A stretch of 62,906 nt of DNA, filler included. It is 9 parts of 9 records of this genome, joined end to end, with 100 filler letters (N's around TTAATTAATTAA, not from the genome) between each part and the next. Parts side by side here need not be neighbours in the genome. Positions count along the whole stretch, not along the records: positions 26,684 to 32,897 come from SRR31147125_186408; positions 32,998 to 38,752 come from SRR31147125_186415; positions 38,853 to 49,033 come from SRR31147125_186427; 6 more parts are not named here. One strand, given 5' to 3'. Below, piece after piece: positions 28,837 through 40,811 of this stretch. Position 1 is the stretch's first letter. Each line of letters starts with the position of its first letter. The notes beneath the pieces are model-generated. The model was not told the origin of the DNA. It ran no database searches and saw nothing but the letters and a program-made list of their open reading frames with translations. The translations under genes and the position numbers were made by a program.

Positions 28837-31043
28837 TCAGGATGCGGATTTAAGTAAAAACCGGTCCAGGGCCTCTTCAATCCTGCGGATGCGATTTCCT
28901 GCCTCCTGGATGATTTTCCTGTGGCCGGCTTTTTCATCCTGTTTCAATGTAAAGAAATCTTCCATATCCCTGCTCAGGGACTCATACATGGCAAACCGCT
29001 GAATGATTTTATCCTTGAAATCCCGGGTAACCGCGCGGATCAGGGGGAAAAATACTCAAGGATCAGGGCCTGGTGGTAATCCCGTATCTGATTCCGGACC
29101 AGGGAGAGGCTTTCCTTTTTGATCCTGGCCGCGGCCCTGTTCAATCCCGGGGTAAAGGAAAATCTGACGTGCTTGTCCATCAGGGCAAGAAAAAAGAGAC
29201 CCACAGAATGACACCCGAAATTGGTCAATACATTGGCCCGTATCCTTGGGGTGAGCCTGACTGTAAACACCTGAGCCGGCAGACTCAGCCCAAGAATTTT
29301 TTTAATGGAAGCAATATCAACGGTTCTGGCGCCGGCCTGGTCCTTGTCTAAAATATCTGCCCAATAGGGAAACGCTTCCCTGTCCCTGCCGGAAGGGGTG
29401 AAAAAATCAATCTGGTAGGAATCCAGAAGGGACTGAAAATAATCCTGGACCCGCTTTTCCTGGCTTCCCACAAGGCGTTTAAGCTCGGGCAGGACCTCTT
29501 CCAGGGCGAAAAGATCCAACTGCTGCTTAAAATCCTGAAACATAAAATAGAGAATCTGTTTGAATCCGGTCTCCTGCACATTGGTTCTATAGGGCTCTGG
29601 GTCTATTTTTGCATCATTGATAAACTGGGCCACCCGGCGGTTAATATTGATACGGTCTTTTAAAAAGGCTTTTTCCAGATTGGTTTCAATCTCCCGGTTC
29701 AGCCCGGAAACCGCTCCCTGGATGGAATTGTCCACAATAACCCGCAGCCGCCTTGCATTCTCTTCAATTTCGGCGATGCGGGTTCTGGCCCTGTCCTGGT
29801 CCCCAAGGTCCATGGCCAGCAGATCGTCCATGATCCGGATCTTTTTATCCAGGTCCTCGGTAACGATCCTGAGCCGCTCCAGGTGGTTGGCAACCAGAAG
29901 ATCAAACCTGCGGGTTTCAAGAATATGGTCAAAGGCGGCTGAAAACCCCTTAAACCCACGGGAGGATAAATCCGCCATTTTTTTGTCTTCCCGCCAGAGG
30001 GAAAGGCGTTTGGCATTCCGTTTGGTCAGCCGGGAACCCAGGCCCTCAAACAGGATATGGAGGGCGGAGAATGAAAAAAGCCGGGGATCAGGCATAAAGA
30101 GTTCAAGCTCCCTGCAGATACCGTCCCGGATCCGTTCCAGGTCTTCAAGATTCTCATGTTCGGTCAGATCGCAATTATTGACAAAAAGGATATTCTCCAT
30201 AAGGCCCAGGCGCTTGATGCGCTTTAAGAACCCCATATCGGAACGGCGCAGCCCCGTCCTTGAAGAGATGCAGTATACGATGAGATTGGCCGATTCAAGA
30301 TAGGAAATAATCTGGGCCATCTGGGCCGGATCTGTGGAATCCGCCCCCTGGCAGTCCGCAATTTCAATGTTCGGGGGGAGCATCTTGCCGAAGACCTCAA
30401 GGCAGACATCCTGGACGTAAAAGGCCCTGGACGGGTCTGCGGTAAATCCCTTGTGGTCGTCAAAGGACTTGGACTCAAATACCACCTCCTGGGCATCAGC
30501 CTCAATAAAGTCCTGACAGGCATTAAATCCTTGAAGGGCATTTCTCATGATCAGGGCTTCGGGCCGTATCCCCTCCCGGGTCACGGGAAACTGGCGGGAG
30601 AGGGTATCATAAACCTGGGCCAGATAGGTCCTGTCCTTTTTTCTGCGAATATCGAAACGCTCGTGGGGACGGGCCTGGGGGAAATAATCCAGGGCCTTTT
30701 CAAGGGTGGTGTTAACCTCGTCCCAGGATTTGAGTTGAATGCGGGCCCTGTTTTTTTTGCCCTTACGGATCCGGGTGGTAATAGAGGTCACAACCCCTGC
30801 ACCCCGCTTGACCAATTCCTTTTTGGCCAGGGCATTGATGAGTGTGCTTTTTCCGGATTTTATCACCCCCACAACAGCGATGCGGATCCGGCCGGCCCGG
30901 ATATGGTCAGGAATTTTCGAACAAAAGGATCTGTATTCCGCCAGTGCCGACGCGTCGGTCTGGGGAAGGGATTCTAACAGGTCGATGGTTGACAGGGTGT
31001 CGTCGACAATGGATTGAATGGGTTCGGTAATGGAAGAGGTCAT
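28837..31043 (-). CDS. Bacterial dynamin-like GTPase, frameshifted at a homopolymer near 29043-29053
   Basis: VVGVIKSGKSTLINAL (G1), VTS.T, IADCQG and NNCD, with a long helical stalk; the shifted frame continues PLIRAVTRDFKDK...LLKSAS* to 28837. Confidence 0.85.
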
Positions 31044-31055
31044 GGTGCCCCAAAG

Positions 31056-31583
31056 CTATATCAGCATCATGGCTTTTTCATATTTAAGATCGGGACTGGT
31101 TTCAAACATGATCTCCCTGGACAGGTCACAGGTCAGCCAGGCACTGTCGGTTAATTCATTGTCCAATTGCATGGGCCCCCAGCCGGCACACCCCAGCATG
31201 ACCATGAAGGCATCGGGCCCCTTGCCCATGGCAATGGCCTCGAGAATATCCCTGGAGTTGCTCAGGGCCAGCCAGTCCGTCACTTTAAGGGTTTCGTTCC
31301 AGTCAAAAGGCCCCCCGTGAAGGACAAAGACCCCGGAAGGCTGCACCGGCCCCCCCAGGTAGATATCCAGTTTATCCACACTCTGGTTGAATTCAATGCT
31401 TAAATCTTCAAAGAGTTCCCTGCCCGTGAGAAGGGGATGCACCTTGTTCACAATAAACCCCAGGGCGCCGGATTCATTGTGCTCGCACATGCAGGTAAGG
31501 GTCTGGGCAAAATTCGGATCCGGCAATCCGGGGACGGCCATGAGGAATTTGCCTTTCATATTTTGCGACACCTCGCCGGTCAT
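31056..31583 (-). CDS. algH: YqgE/AlgH-family protein
   Basis: FLMAVPGLPDPNF, HNESGALGFIVN, GGPVQ and GCAGWGPMQLDNEL...WL. Confidence 0.92.
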   Translation of the reverse strand: MTGEVSQNMKGKFLMAVPGLPDPNFAQTLTCMCEHNESGALGFIVNKVHPLLTGRELFEDLSIEFNQSVDKLDIYLGGPVQPSGVFVLHGGPFDWNETLKVTDWLALSNSRDILEAIAMGKGPDAFMVMLGCAGWGPMQLDNELTDSAWLTCDLSREIMFETSPDLKYEKAMMLI

Positions 31584-31701
31584 ACATCTTTCTCCACGTT
31601 AATGCTTGACATTAGGACTCCTGTACTCCAATATTTATCAGAGGATTAGTTTTAAATATTTTTGCTTGATTTGCAATAGTTTTATTCCGGCGACAGGAAA
31701 T

Positions 31702-32205
31702 ATGAAAGAAATAGACCCCGGAAATAAAGGGATTCACAAGGTTTCCCCCGACGCCCACCCCCAAAAGGCCAAGTCCAAGGATTCAGGTCTTTCCGGAGAA
31801 TTCAGCAGAATTCTTTCCCAGCACCAGGCAGGCCCTGATCCCGGGAGTCCGGATGGGACTGCCCCGGCCGGCGGGCCAAGCCACGGCGGACTGCCCGAAC
31901 TTGAAGGCACCTACCAGGCCAGGATGGTTCAGCCCGTATCTTCATCCCCGTCCGATGCCGTCCCCGAGCAGATCTCCCAGGCCATTGACCTGCTGGATCA
32001 TTATGCCGCCGGCCTGGCAGATCCCGGCACCACCCTGAAACAGGCCTGGGGTCTGCTGGAGCGGATCACGGACCAGACAAAACAGATCCATGAAAACCTT
32101 GGGGCAGACCCGGCGGACCATCCCAGGCTCCGGGAGATCCTGACCCATTTATCAACCGTGGTTGAACTGGAAAAAATCAAGATCAACCGGGGGGACTATT
32201 CCTGA
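31702..32205 (+). CDS. Hypothetical protein
   Basis: AGGA RBS; low-complexity N-half and helical C-half ending KINRGDYS. Confidence 0.7.
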   Translation: MKEIDPGNKGIHKVSPDAHPQKAKSKDSGLSGEFSRILSQHQAGPDPGSPDGTAPAGGPSHGGLPELEGTYQARMVQPVSSSPSDAVPEQISQAIDLLDHYAAGLADPGTTLKQAWGLLERITDQTKQIHENLGADPADHPRLREILTHLSTVVELEKIKINRGDYS

Positions 32206-32217
32206 TATTTTGGGGGT

Positions 32218-32897
32218 TTAGTCTTCTTCCCTGCCATATACATCGTCAAAACGGACAATATCGTCTTCACCCAGATAGGCCCCGGACTGGACCTCTATGA
32301 GTTCCAGGGGATTTTCCCGGATTCTCCAGGCGGTGAAGGGTTCCCAGGGGGATATAGATGGACTCATCTTCCTTGAGCAGAATCTCTTCCTCCCCCTTGG
32401 TGACGATGGCCGCGCCCGAAACCACGGTCCAGTGTTCGGCCCGGTGATAGTGTTTCTGCAGGGAGAGCTTGGCACCGGGTTTCACCGTAATCCGCTTGAC
32501 CTGATACCTTTGGGCCATGTCAATGGTTTCGTAATCCCCCCAGGGGCGAAAGACCTTGGCATGGGTCAGGGCCTCTTCCCTGTCATTCGCCTTAAGCTGG
32601 GCCACAATTTTTTTGACATCCTGGACCTGATCCCTGGGGGCCACAAGGACTGCGTCCTTGGTTTCCACAATAACGAACCGGTCCAGCCCCACGGCGGCCA
32701 CCAGACGATTTTCCGCATGGATATAGGTCTGCTTTACATTATGGATCAGGACATCCCCGGAGGTGACATTTTCATGACCGTTCTTTTTCCCGGTCTGCCA
32801 GAGGGCGTCAAAGGATCCCAGATCATTCCACCCGGCATCCAGGGGCAGGACCACGCCTTTGGCCGTCTTTTCCATCACCGCATAGTCAATGGAATCC
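32218..32897 (-). CDS. manC: Mannose-1-phosphate guanylyltransferase / mannose-6-phosphate isomerase, 5'-truncated, frameshift near 32307-32320
   Basis: SIDYAVMEKT, GWNDLGSF, RPWG, LSLQKHYHRAEHW and EVQSGAYLGEDDIVRFDD. Confidence 0.95.
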
Positions 32898-32997
32898 NNN
32901 NNNNNNNNNNNNNNNNNNNNNNNNNNNNNNNNNNNNNNNNNTTAATTAATTAANNNNNNNNNNNNNNNNNNNNNNNNNNNNNNNNNNNNNNNNNNNN

Positions 32998-35900
32998 CAG
33001 TAAGCACAGCCTCTTGTAAACCAGTTGCTTCTTCGACCGTCATATCCCCGGCCTTCACAGCTTTATCCGTTGCCGCGGTTATCAATGTTTCAAGAGCCAT
33101 GTCCGTACCCTTGAACTGCATCAGCTCCTCGGGGGTCGCTTCGTTCCGATCGATCGTGAAGGTGTACTTGGACTTTGGATCAAAGTTCCCTTTCAGGTGA
33201 CCTTTCAAGTCGCCTTGCACCTTGGATTTAAGAGACTCGGCCCCTACCCTCGTTTTGGTAGGCCTCATGTAGACCTGAACCCGGTTGCCGTCCTTGTCCT
33301 TGGTATAAACTCGGACAAACCATTCACCGTCAGGCCGCACCCTGGGAGCATAGCCCTTCTGGAATCCCCACTCCTGCTTAAGTTCGCCCAAGCGGGTTTT
33401 GTAGCCCTTGAGCTTGATGAAAGCCGCTTTCAGGTCATCATCGATCTTCGGGTCATCCTTGACCTGTTTCACCGTTCTGCCAGCTTCAATAAGGCGTTTC
33501 AGGTCGGGATAGAAAGGGCTTGCCTCGTAAGGGATCAGGGCCAGATCGTCAAGCTTCTGGAACATGGTTTCACGCGATACCCGAACCACCTGACGGAACG
33601 CACGATAGGCAGCAACAACCCCTTTACTGAATTTGGTGTTCAGTGGGTTTTTCCCGCTTATCAGGTTACTATCCTTGAATGCCTCATTGAGGGTATCCCC
33701 CTCTTTGATAATCCGGTCGACCTGCCGGCGCTCTTTTTTGGTCAGGGAGGAAAGTATTTCCCGCATACCCTCCAAGCCTGCGTATTTAAGTTCCTCGTTC
33801 TTCTTGTCCAGGTCGTAAACAATAGCGGTTCGCTCTTCCCCCTCTGAAGGTTCAGATCCACAACCGCCCGGCGCCCGGCGTTACCCTCTGACCCAAACCA
33901 CGGATTGGACATAAACTTACCGGCCAGGGCCTTGACGCGCTCGGGAATAGTCCCCGACGGGTTTTTTAAGCTGGCACGAACCATGTTCTCGACGTTTTTC
34001 CGCCAGCCAGGGACCTCTTTATCTAATTCGGCATCCATGGTGGGGTTCCCGGTGGAGATAGGACGGCGGGAAAAACGGATATCGGAGATCGAAGCGTCCC
34101 AAGTTCCGGAGTTGAAAGCTGATTTAATCTGATTGGGAGAAAAAACGATGTAAGAATCCGCTGCGTCCGGGAACATTTCTTCAACCATGTAATCAGACAT
34201 TTCATTTAAAATATCACCATCGACTCCATCCGGACCAAACGGGTCATGGTCGCCTTCCCTGCGGTTAAGATAAACTACCCCGTCATATCCGGCGTCCTGG
34301 ATGATCTTTTGAAGCTCTACGTTAGTTTCTTTATCATCAAACCGGGCATCGTAGAATTTGGCGGCTTCTTCGTCGGTCAAAATACCCATATCAACTAATT
34401 GCGGCGCAACCTCGGAACCGGAAAACTGGCCACGGTCCTCAAGTCGCAACGGGTTTTTGATGGAGAGATACACAGGCATGACATTCCCTCTTTTTTCGGT
34501 AAAAATATCTGCCTGCTCCTGTGTTCCGAAATGCGATCCTAAATCTTGATCGGTTCTGAATTCGCTGAAATTGGCTTGAGTTCCGTGATATACCATTAGC
34601 GGGTTGCCTTCTCCATCCACAACTTTGGACTTCCCAAACCACTTCTTAAAGGCATCTTCTTTTCTGGACGCCTTGGGTTTTCCGTCGGTCCTCTTCCCCC
34701 TGTCCCTTTTCAACAAACCGCTTCGACTTGGCAATCAAGTGGACGATATCGGCATCCGAATATTTGAGATCGATATTCAGGCTCCTGATCCAATCTTTGA
34801 CAATGGCAATGATCTGCCGGATAAAGCCGTTCTGTTCGCCACGAGCCGCCATTTCCGCAAGCACTTCCTCAGCCGCTTCGCGCCGTTCCTCTTTCTTGCT
34901 CATGTCCAGCTTGAGCATTTCGGCCATGGCCTTGACTTCCGGCCCCCTGACCATAGCCACATGATCAAGTACGGGGTTCAGTTTACCCTTGGGAAGCACC
35001 CCGCGAAGCCCGTAATGTCCACGGGTTTCATGAATGAGGACATGAACAGCGCGGGCATTGGTCGGGAGGTTGGCCGCAATCATGTAAACCGTGTTGTTGC
35101 GGGGGCTGAAAAACGCCTCATCCAGTAAGGTTTCATCATTGACAGAAGCCGTGTAATCCAAAATATCGTTGGGAAGGTCCTCGATACTCTCTAAAACCTT
35201 TATTCGCGGTGCGTTTTCCCAGGATTCGGTGAACTCGCCAAAAAGTTTTTCAAGCTCGGCTTTTCGTTCCCTAAGCCGTTTAACGTCCGCCAGGAGAGAT
35301 TTGTTTTCCTGAACAACCTCTGATTCAATAAGACGGCGAGAAAAAAGAGGGTCCCCGTTGACAGAATCAATTAGAGCCGATAGACTCATTTTAGAACCCG
35401 GTGAACCTTGGAAGGGCAACGGAGCTTTAGCTACGACCCTCCTATCTATGGCGCCGGGTTCGACCATTTCATACCCTGCAAAAGTGTAAAATTTCCTTTC
35501 CCTAACCCAGAATATTCTTTCATCACCAGCTTGATAGCATAGATTTCGTTATCAATTTTTGCTGGGACCACAGCATATTTAAAACCACTGATGTCCACTT
35601 TCCCTTTGCGGTCTCCAACTGTTTTGAAAGGAACTGCAGCTTCAGCAAGTTTTTCCAAGTTACGGACAAGGCTCATTCTTTTTGGGTCTCTTCTCCCAAC
35701 ACTTAAAGCCTTGGTCCTTCCTTTTGCGGAGAACTGAATCTCACCAATCCTTGGGTTCTGAACAGTTTTCCCCTGCAAATTTTCACGATAAAACTCATTG
35801 GCCGTAGCCCAAAGTTTTTCAGGCTCAACATCAAAGGGCTCAACATCTACAATAGGGATTTCCTCGTCCTTTACTCGCCTGGACGCCTTGGGAGCTTCAG

Positions 35901-38752
35901 CATCTTCTTTTTTCGGTTGTTCCACTACCTTCGGCGCTTCAAACTCCTTACTTTCATAAAGCCTGACCCCGGTTTCGTCCGTAACCTTGTCATAAGGGAT
36001 GTTGGTTTTTCCCTTCTCATCTTGCCCGACTACAAACCACCCCTCTGCCGTCCATTTGTGGCCTACCACTTCAAACGGCTTTTTGTTCCAGTAGACTACC
36101 GTTTCAGTTGGGGCCCCACTTCTCAACCATGCAGGGGGAGGTACCGGGTTGGCTTCCATATCCGCCATAAGGTCAGCTTCAATTTCAATGGCCGCCTGCA
36201 GGTCATCAGCCTGTTGAAAGGACTCGGCTGCAACCTCTTTCATTCGCTCAATGGAGCTTTGGGCCTTATTGATTTGCTCATCCAGCTTTTCAGCCCGCTT
36301 GATTTCGTTCCGAATTGAGGCTTCGATAGAAGCGAGACTTGCGGCACCGGTGCTGACTTCCCATTTCCCCTTTTCGCCATAAGGGATAAAAACCTCTAAA
36401 CCAGGTCGGTCTGACAATCCGCTGAAATGCGCCTTGAGTTCCAGGCCGCCGACACTTCCAACCAGAACACCCTTATCCCCCATCCGAAGATTTTCCTCGG
36501 CAAAAGCGGTCAGTGCCTCGTCAAAGTCTTTCCTCTTCCGGTATTCCTTCCCGCCGACATAGCCTTTGAAGTTATCCCCCTTATTGGATGCCAGAGCGTT
36601 CTTGATGTTTTCTACAATACCGTTGGCCTGAAAGTATCGTTCTTTTTCGGTCGTATCCTCTTCAACGTTATTCTCCAACCTTCGGATATTGCCCCTCGCT
36701 TCGGAAACAGCGAAAGTATGAAGCCTTTCCTTCATCTGGAGCTTTTCAACCTTTCTCCTGGCCTTTTCCAGCAAAAGAACGCGGGGATCTCCGGAAGCAT
36801 CGGCAAAGGTTTCCAGGATATCGCTCTGTTCATCCGCCGCGGCATCCCCTTCGATCACGCGCACATCATCGTTTGCCCTGAGAAATTCCTTGATGAATCG
36901 ATCTTTGATGGAAAGAATCTGCCAGCGTCTACCGTCCAGCCGGTCGGTAATGTAGCGGTATTCCAGCACGGTGTTCCATTGGTTGGCCTGACGGTGGCCA
37001 CGGCCATTGCGTTGCTCGAGATCCCCAGGCATCCAGGGAGCATCAAGATGGTGCATGGCCCGGAGATTCCGCTGCATGTTGACGCCAACCCCAAGGGTTT
37101 GAGTGTTCCCGACAACAACCCGGATTTCCGTCCGGTTCATGGCATCAGCGATTTCCTTGCGCTTCTGCTTGCTGGTGCTCCCTGTTACAACTGCAATCTG
37201 TTCCCTGGGAATCCCGCCGGCAACAAGCCGTGCAACCATGTCATTAACAGGGGAGAAAACCGGAAAACTGAATCTTTGAGCCTCCCCGTCCTCGGTCCTG
37301 GACGTCCTGGTTGCTCGGGTGCCTATACCGGTCTCTGTAAATACCGCCTGGCAGGCTTTCTCGTGAGAGTTGTAGATTTCCAGAATGTTTTTGACCGCCC
37401 TGGATACCTTGCTGCTCTCATGGTCCTCGGCCTGTCCTTCCTGCCCGGCCAAAGAACGGCCATCCAGGAGACGGACATCAAGACTCGCCTTATTGGCTTT
37501 GCCCTCAATGATGATAGGCGAATGCTCATCCCCGGATTTCAACCAGTCGTATCTTGCTTTGGGTGATGCTTTGCGGAATTCACCAGCCAGCTTCTGAAGC
37601 CTTTCAAACTCCCTGACCTGCCTGGGTGTCATGTCCGCGTTGTCTACGATGATTTTCTTATACGGCCGGTTTGTGGCTCCTTCTGTCCGGCTATTTTCAA
37701 GTTCAATACGCTCTTTTTCGGTGAGCGTTTCATCATCCATCTTTTTCCCGGATTTGGTTTCCCGCAAAGCCATTTCCGGCATATCGTCGGAAAACACCAC
37801 GTCCATATACTGGCCAAGCATCCGCCGCAGATCCGAGACGTTGACGAAAGAAGCCAGGCGGACAACGTTTTCATATTCCCCAGCTGCGTTGAGTTCGATG
37901 TCCTGAACCTCGGCCGCAAAAGCTCCAAACCAACCATCCCAGGCATCTACACCGATTTCCGACATTTCGGATTCCATGATGTACCGCATGTGATGGTAGA
38001 TTTCCGTCAGGGTATTGGTGATAGGGGTCCCGGTGAAAAGATGAACGTTCCCCTCCTCGTTGTTCGCCCGGATATAACTGGTCAGGAACCGCAAGGCGAT
38101 GGAACGATTGGAGGTTGCGGTATTCAGACCCTTCATTCTCATCTTCGTGGCAATCGGAGGCTTTTTGAACTCATGGGCCTCATCAACCATGAGCATATCA
38201 ACCCCAAGTTCCTCGAAGGGAACGGCGCTTTCCCTTGAGGCCCGTTGCCCCTGTTTCCGAATGTTCTCCAGAATCTTGTTCCTGGCTGCAACCAAGTCTT
38301 TGGCCGTAGGTGACCGGACCTTTTTCATTTCTTCCGGATCGTCCATCATGTTCAGATCCAGATCCACATCGTCATCCGCTGCGGCATCCAGGGCCTCGGC
38401 CTCCAGGGCTTCAATTTCCCCCTGTGCCATTGCCATCAAGGTTTCTTCCCGGAAAGTAAGGCGGTCGATCAGGGAATGAGGCATGACCACACAATCCCAA
38501 TCGTCATTGGCAATCTGCCGCAACTTGATATCGATGGTGTCCGGTGAAAGGTTGTCCACATAGAGGATCTTCGCCGCCGGGTACATCTGCTGAATCTCTG
38601 CGGCCACGGACGCACTGTTGGCGTTATGAGCCATGAGCAAGGGTTTTCTGGCTATCCCATAGCGACGGGATTCAACAGCGATACCGCCCATGGTAAAGGT
38701 TTTGCCCGTCCCAACCTCGTGAGCGTTGAGAGATTTCCGGGTAACAATCCCC
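32998..38752 (-). CDS. Giant phage/MGE polyvalent protein, both ends truncated: DarB-like SF2 helicase, LPD3-like domain, zincin metallopeptidase, ADP-ribosyltransferase (ART-PolyVal-like) and an uncharacterised helical region. Three homopolymer frameshifts.
   Basis: AHEVGTGKT, VDEAHEFK, TGTPITN and LEQRNGRGHRQ; LQGKTVQNPRIGEIQFS...FYTF; LIHETRGHYGL...AEEVLAEMA; FKKWFG.SKVVD..GNPLMVYHGT...PVYLSIKNPL...GYDGVV...IVFSPNQIKS. Four ORFs join with single-base changes at 35488-94, 34696-700 and 33838-42. Confidence 0.85.
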
Positions 38753-38852
38753 NNNNNNNNNNNNNNNNNNNNNNNNNNNNNNNNNNNNNNNNNNNNTTAA
38801 TTAATTAANNNNNNNNNNNNNNNNNNNNNNNNNNNNNNNNNNNNNNNNNNNN

Positions 38853-40811
38853 CCTTAACGCCACCCATACATCGGCTGCATTGGTGCCGTTGGTAGGCAG
38901 ACCAGTGGTCGATTCAACCGCCTGGAGTCGAATACCGGCCGGCTGCAAAAAGGGGCGCGGCGGCTCCCCTTCGGTCGCTCTGATCATGAACTGTGCCCAG
39001 ATCGGGGCAGCACCGCGGCTGCCGGTAATGCCGACACCGTTTCGGTCCAGCAGCCTCTCGTCACGATCATGGCCGACCCATACGGAGGTGCAGAGGGTCG
39101 GCGTAAAACCGGTGAACCAGGCATCGTGGTAACCGTTGGTAGTGCCGGTCTTACCGGCAGCCGGTTTCCTGAACCCCATGCGCCGGACGACCTGTCCGGT
39201 GCCATAATCCACGACTCCCTTCATCATATCCACGACCTGGTAGGTCAGGCGGCTGTCCAATGTCTGGGTGCCGCTGACGAGATGCTCTTCCAACAGCTCA
39301 CCGTAGGCATCTTCAACCCGCCACACCGCAAACGGTTTGTAGTGCATCCCCTCAGCGGCAAATGTGGCGAAACCGGAGGCCATCTCAAGCGGGCTTACAC
39401 CGGAGGTGCCCAACGCCACCGAGTAGACCGGGGCCAGGGGGCTTTGAATACCGCAGCGCTGTGCGACGTCGATGACCGCTTCGGGGCCGGTGCGCGCCAC
39501 GAGTTGGGCGGCAATGCTGTTGATCGATTGGGTCAGCGATTTTTTCAAAATGACCGGCCCCTGATAGCTGCGCTTGAAGTTCTGGGGACGCCAATCGGGG
39601 GCGCCGGCTATCGGAATGCGCACCGGCTCATCGACAAACACCGAAGCCGGCGTCACGTCCAGCTTCTCCAACGCAGCATAGTAGAGGAAAGGTTTGAATA
39701 CCGACCCGGGCAACCGTCTGTTCTGAACGGCCCGGTTGTACTCGCTCTCAGTGTAGTTGCGGCCGCCCACCATCGCTTTGATGGCGCCTGAGTTGACCTG
39801 CAATGCCACGAGCGCACCTTGTGGGAGTTCGTCGGCCTCTTCCCGCGCGGCTCCCATTTTTTTGGCCAGCTGTTGCAGCCCCTGAGTCAATGACTCCTGT
39901 GCAGCCCTTTGCAGTTGGGGATCCATCGTAGTGGTCACCTTCAGACCACCGTGATAGACCACCTGGGCGCCGTAGCGCTCTTCCAGATATTTCAAAACCC
40001 AGTCCATAAAATAACCGCCCATCGGCCCCGAATCGCCCTGACGGGCAAAGGTCAACTCTTCGGAAGCCGTTGCTTCGGCCTCTTCGGTTTTGATGAAACC
40101 GGCGGCTGCCATGCGCCCAAGCACCACCTGCTGGCGGGCTTTGGCGCGCTCCAGGTAGCGTAACGGATTGTACCGGACAGGGGACTTGGGCAATCCGGCC
40201 AGCATAGCCGCTTCGGCCACCGTCAATTGGCCGGATCGCTTTCCGAAAAAAGTTCTCGCCGCCGACGCAACACCCTGAGCGCGTGGGCCGAAATAGATCT
40301 GGTTGACATAGGCTTCCAGAATTTCACGTTTGCTGAACTGGGACTCGATCTGCAAAGCGACCAGAAGCTCCCTGAATTTGCGCCGATAGGTCTTCTCGAA
40401 ACTGAAAAAGAGGTTCTTGGCGAGTTGCTGGGTAATGGTCGAGGCCCCCTGGACACGGCCGCTGAAGAAGGTGCTCCAGAGCGCTTTTATCAGTCTCACC
40501 TTGTTGATGCCGTGATGTTCCCAGAAGCGATGGTCTTCGGTTGCCAGAATTGCCTCGAGGAAGGTGATGGAGACCTGGTCCAGCGGTACGTAATCGTGGC
40601 CGCCGATCTGGAGGACCCGCTCGCCGTTGGCAGCATAGATCTCCGTTGGGGGCGTTTCGATAATACGCCGCAACGGCTCGGGTACACTGGGCAGATCGCG
40701 CACGCTCCAGAAAAAAAGCAGGACGCCGGCCAGCGCCGCAATACCGGCCAGGGTAAAGAGCATGGCCAGACAACCCGTCAGCCAGCGAACCAGACGCACC
40801 ATCGGGGTCAT
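38853..40811 (-). CDS. Class A penicillin-binding protein (PBP1A family), 3'-truncated
   Basis: TEDHRFWEHHG, GASTITQQLAKN and RKFRE transglycosylase motifs; GSVFKP (SxxK), SIN and KTGT transpeptidase motifs. Confidence 0.95.

Noticed and set aside
35488-35494. In-frame A-AAT-TTT slippery heptamer at the first break in the giant protein, suggesting programmed -1 frameshifting
   Set aside because: It falls inside the LPD3-like domain. The other two breaks in the same gene and several in other contigs are plain homopolymer slips in both directions, so sequencing error is the simpler explanation. Revisit only if accurate reads confirm the sequence.
35822-35847. Short direct repeat GGCTCAACATC x2
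   Set aside because: It only encodes DVEPFDVEP in a linker; a local duplication with no wider pattern.
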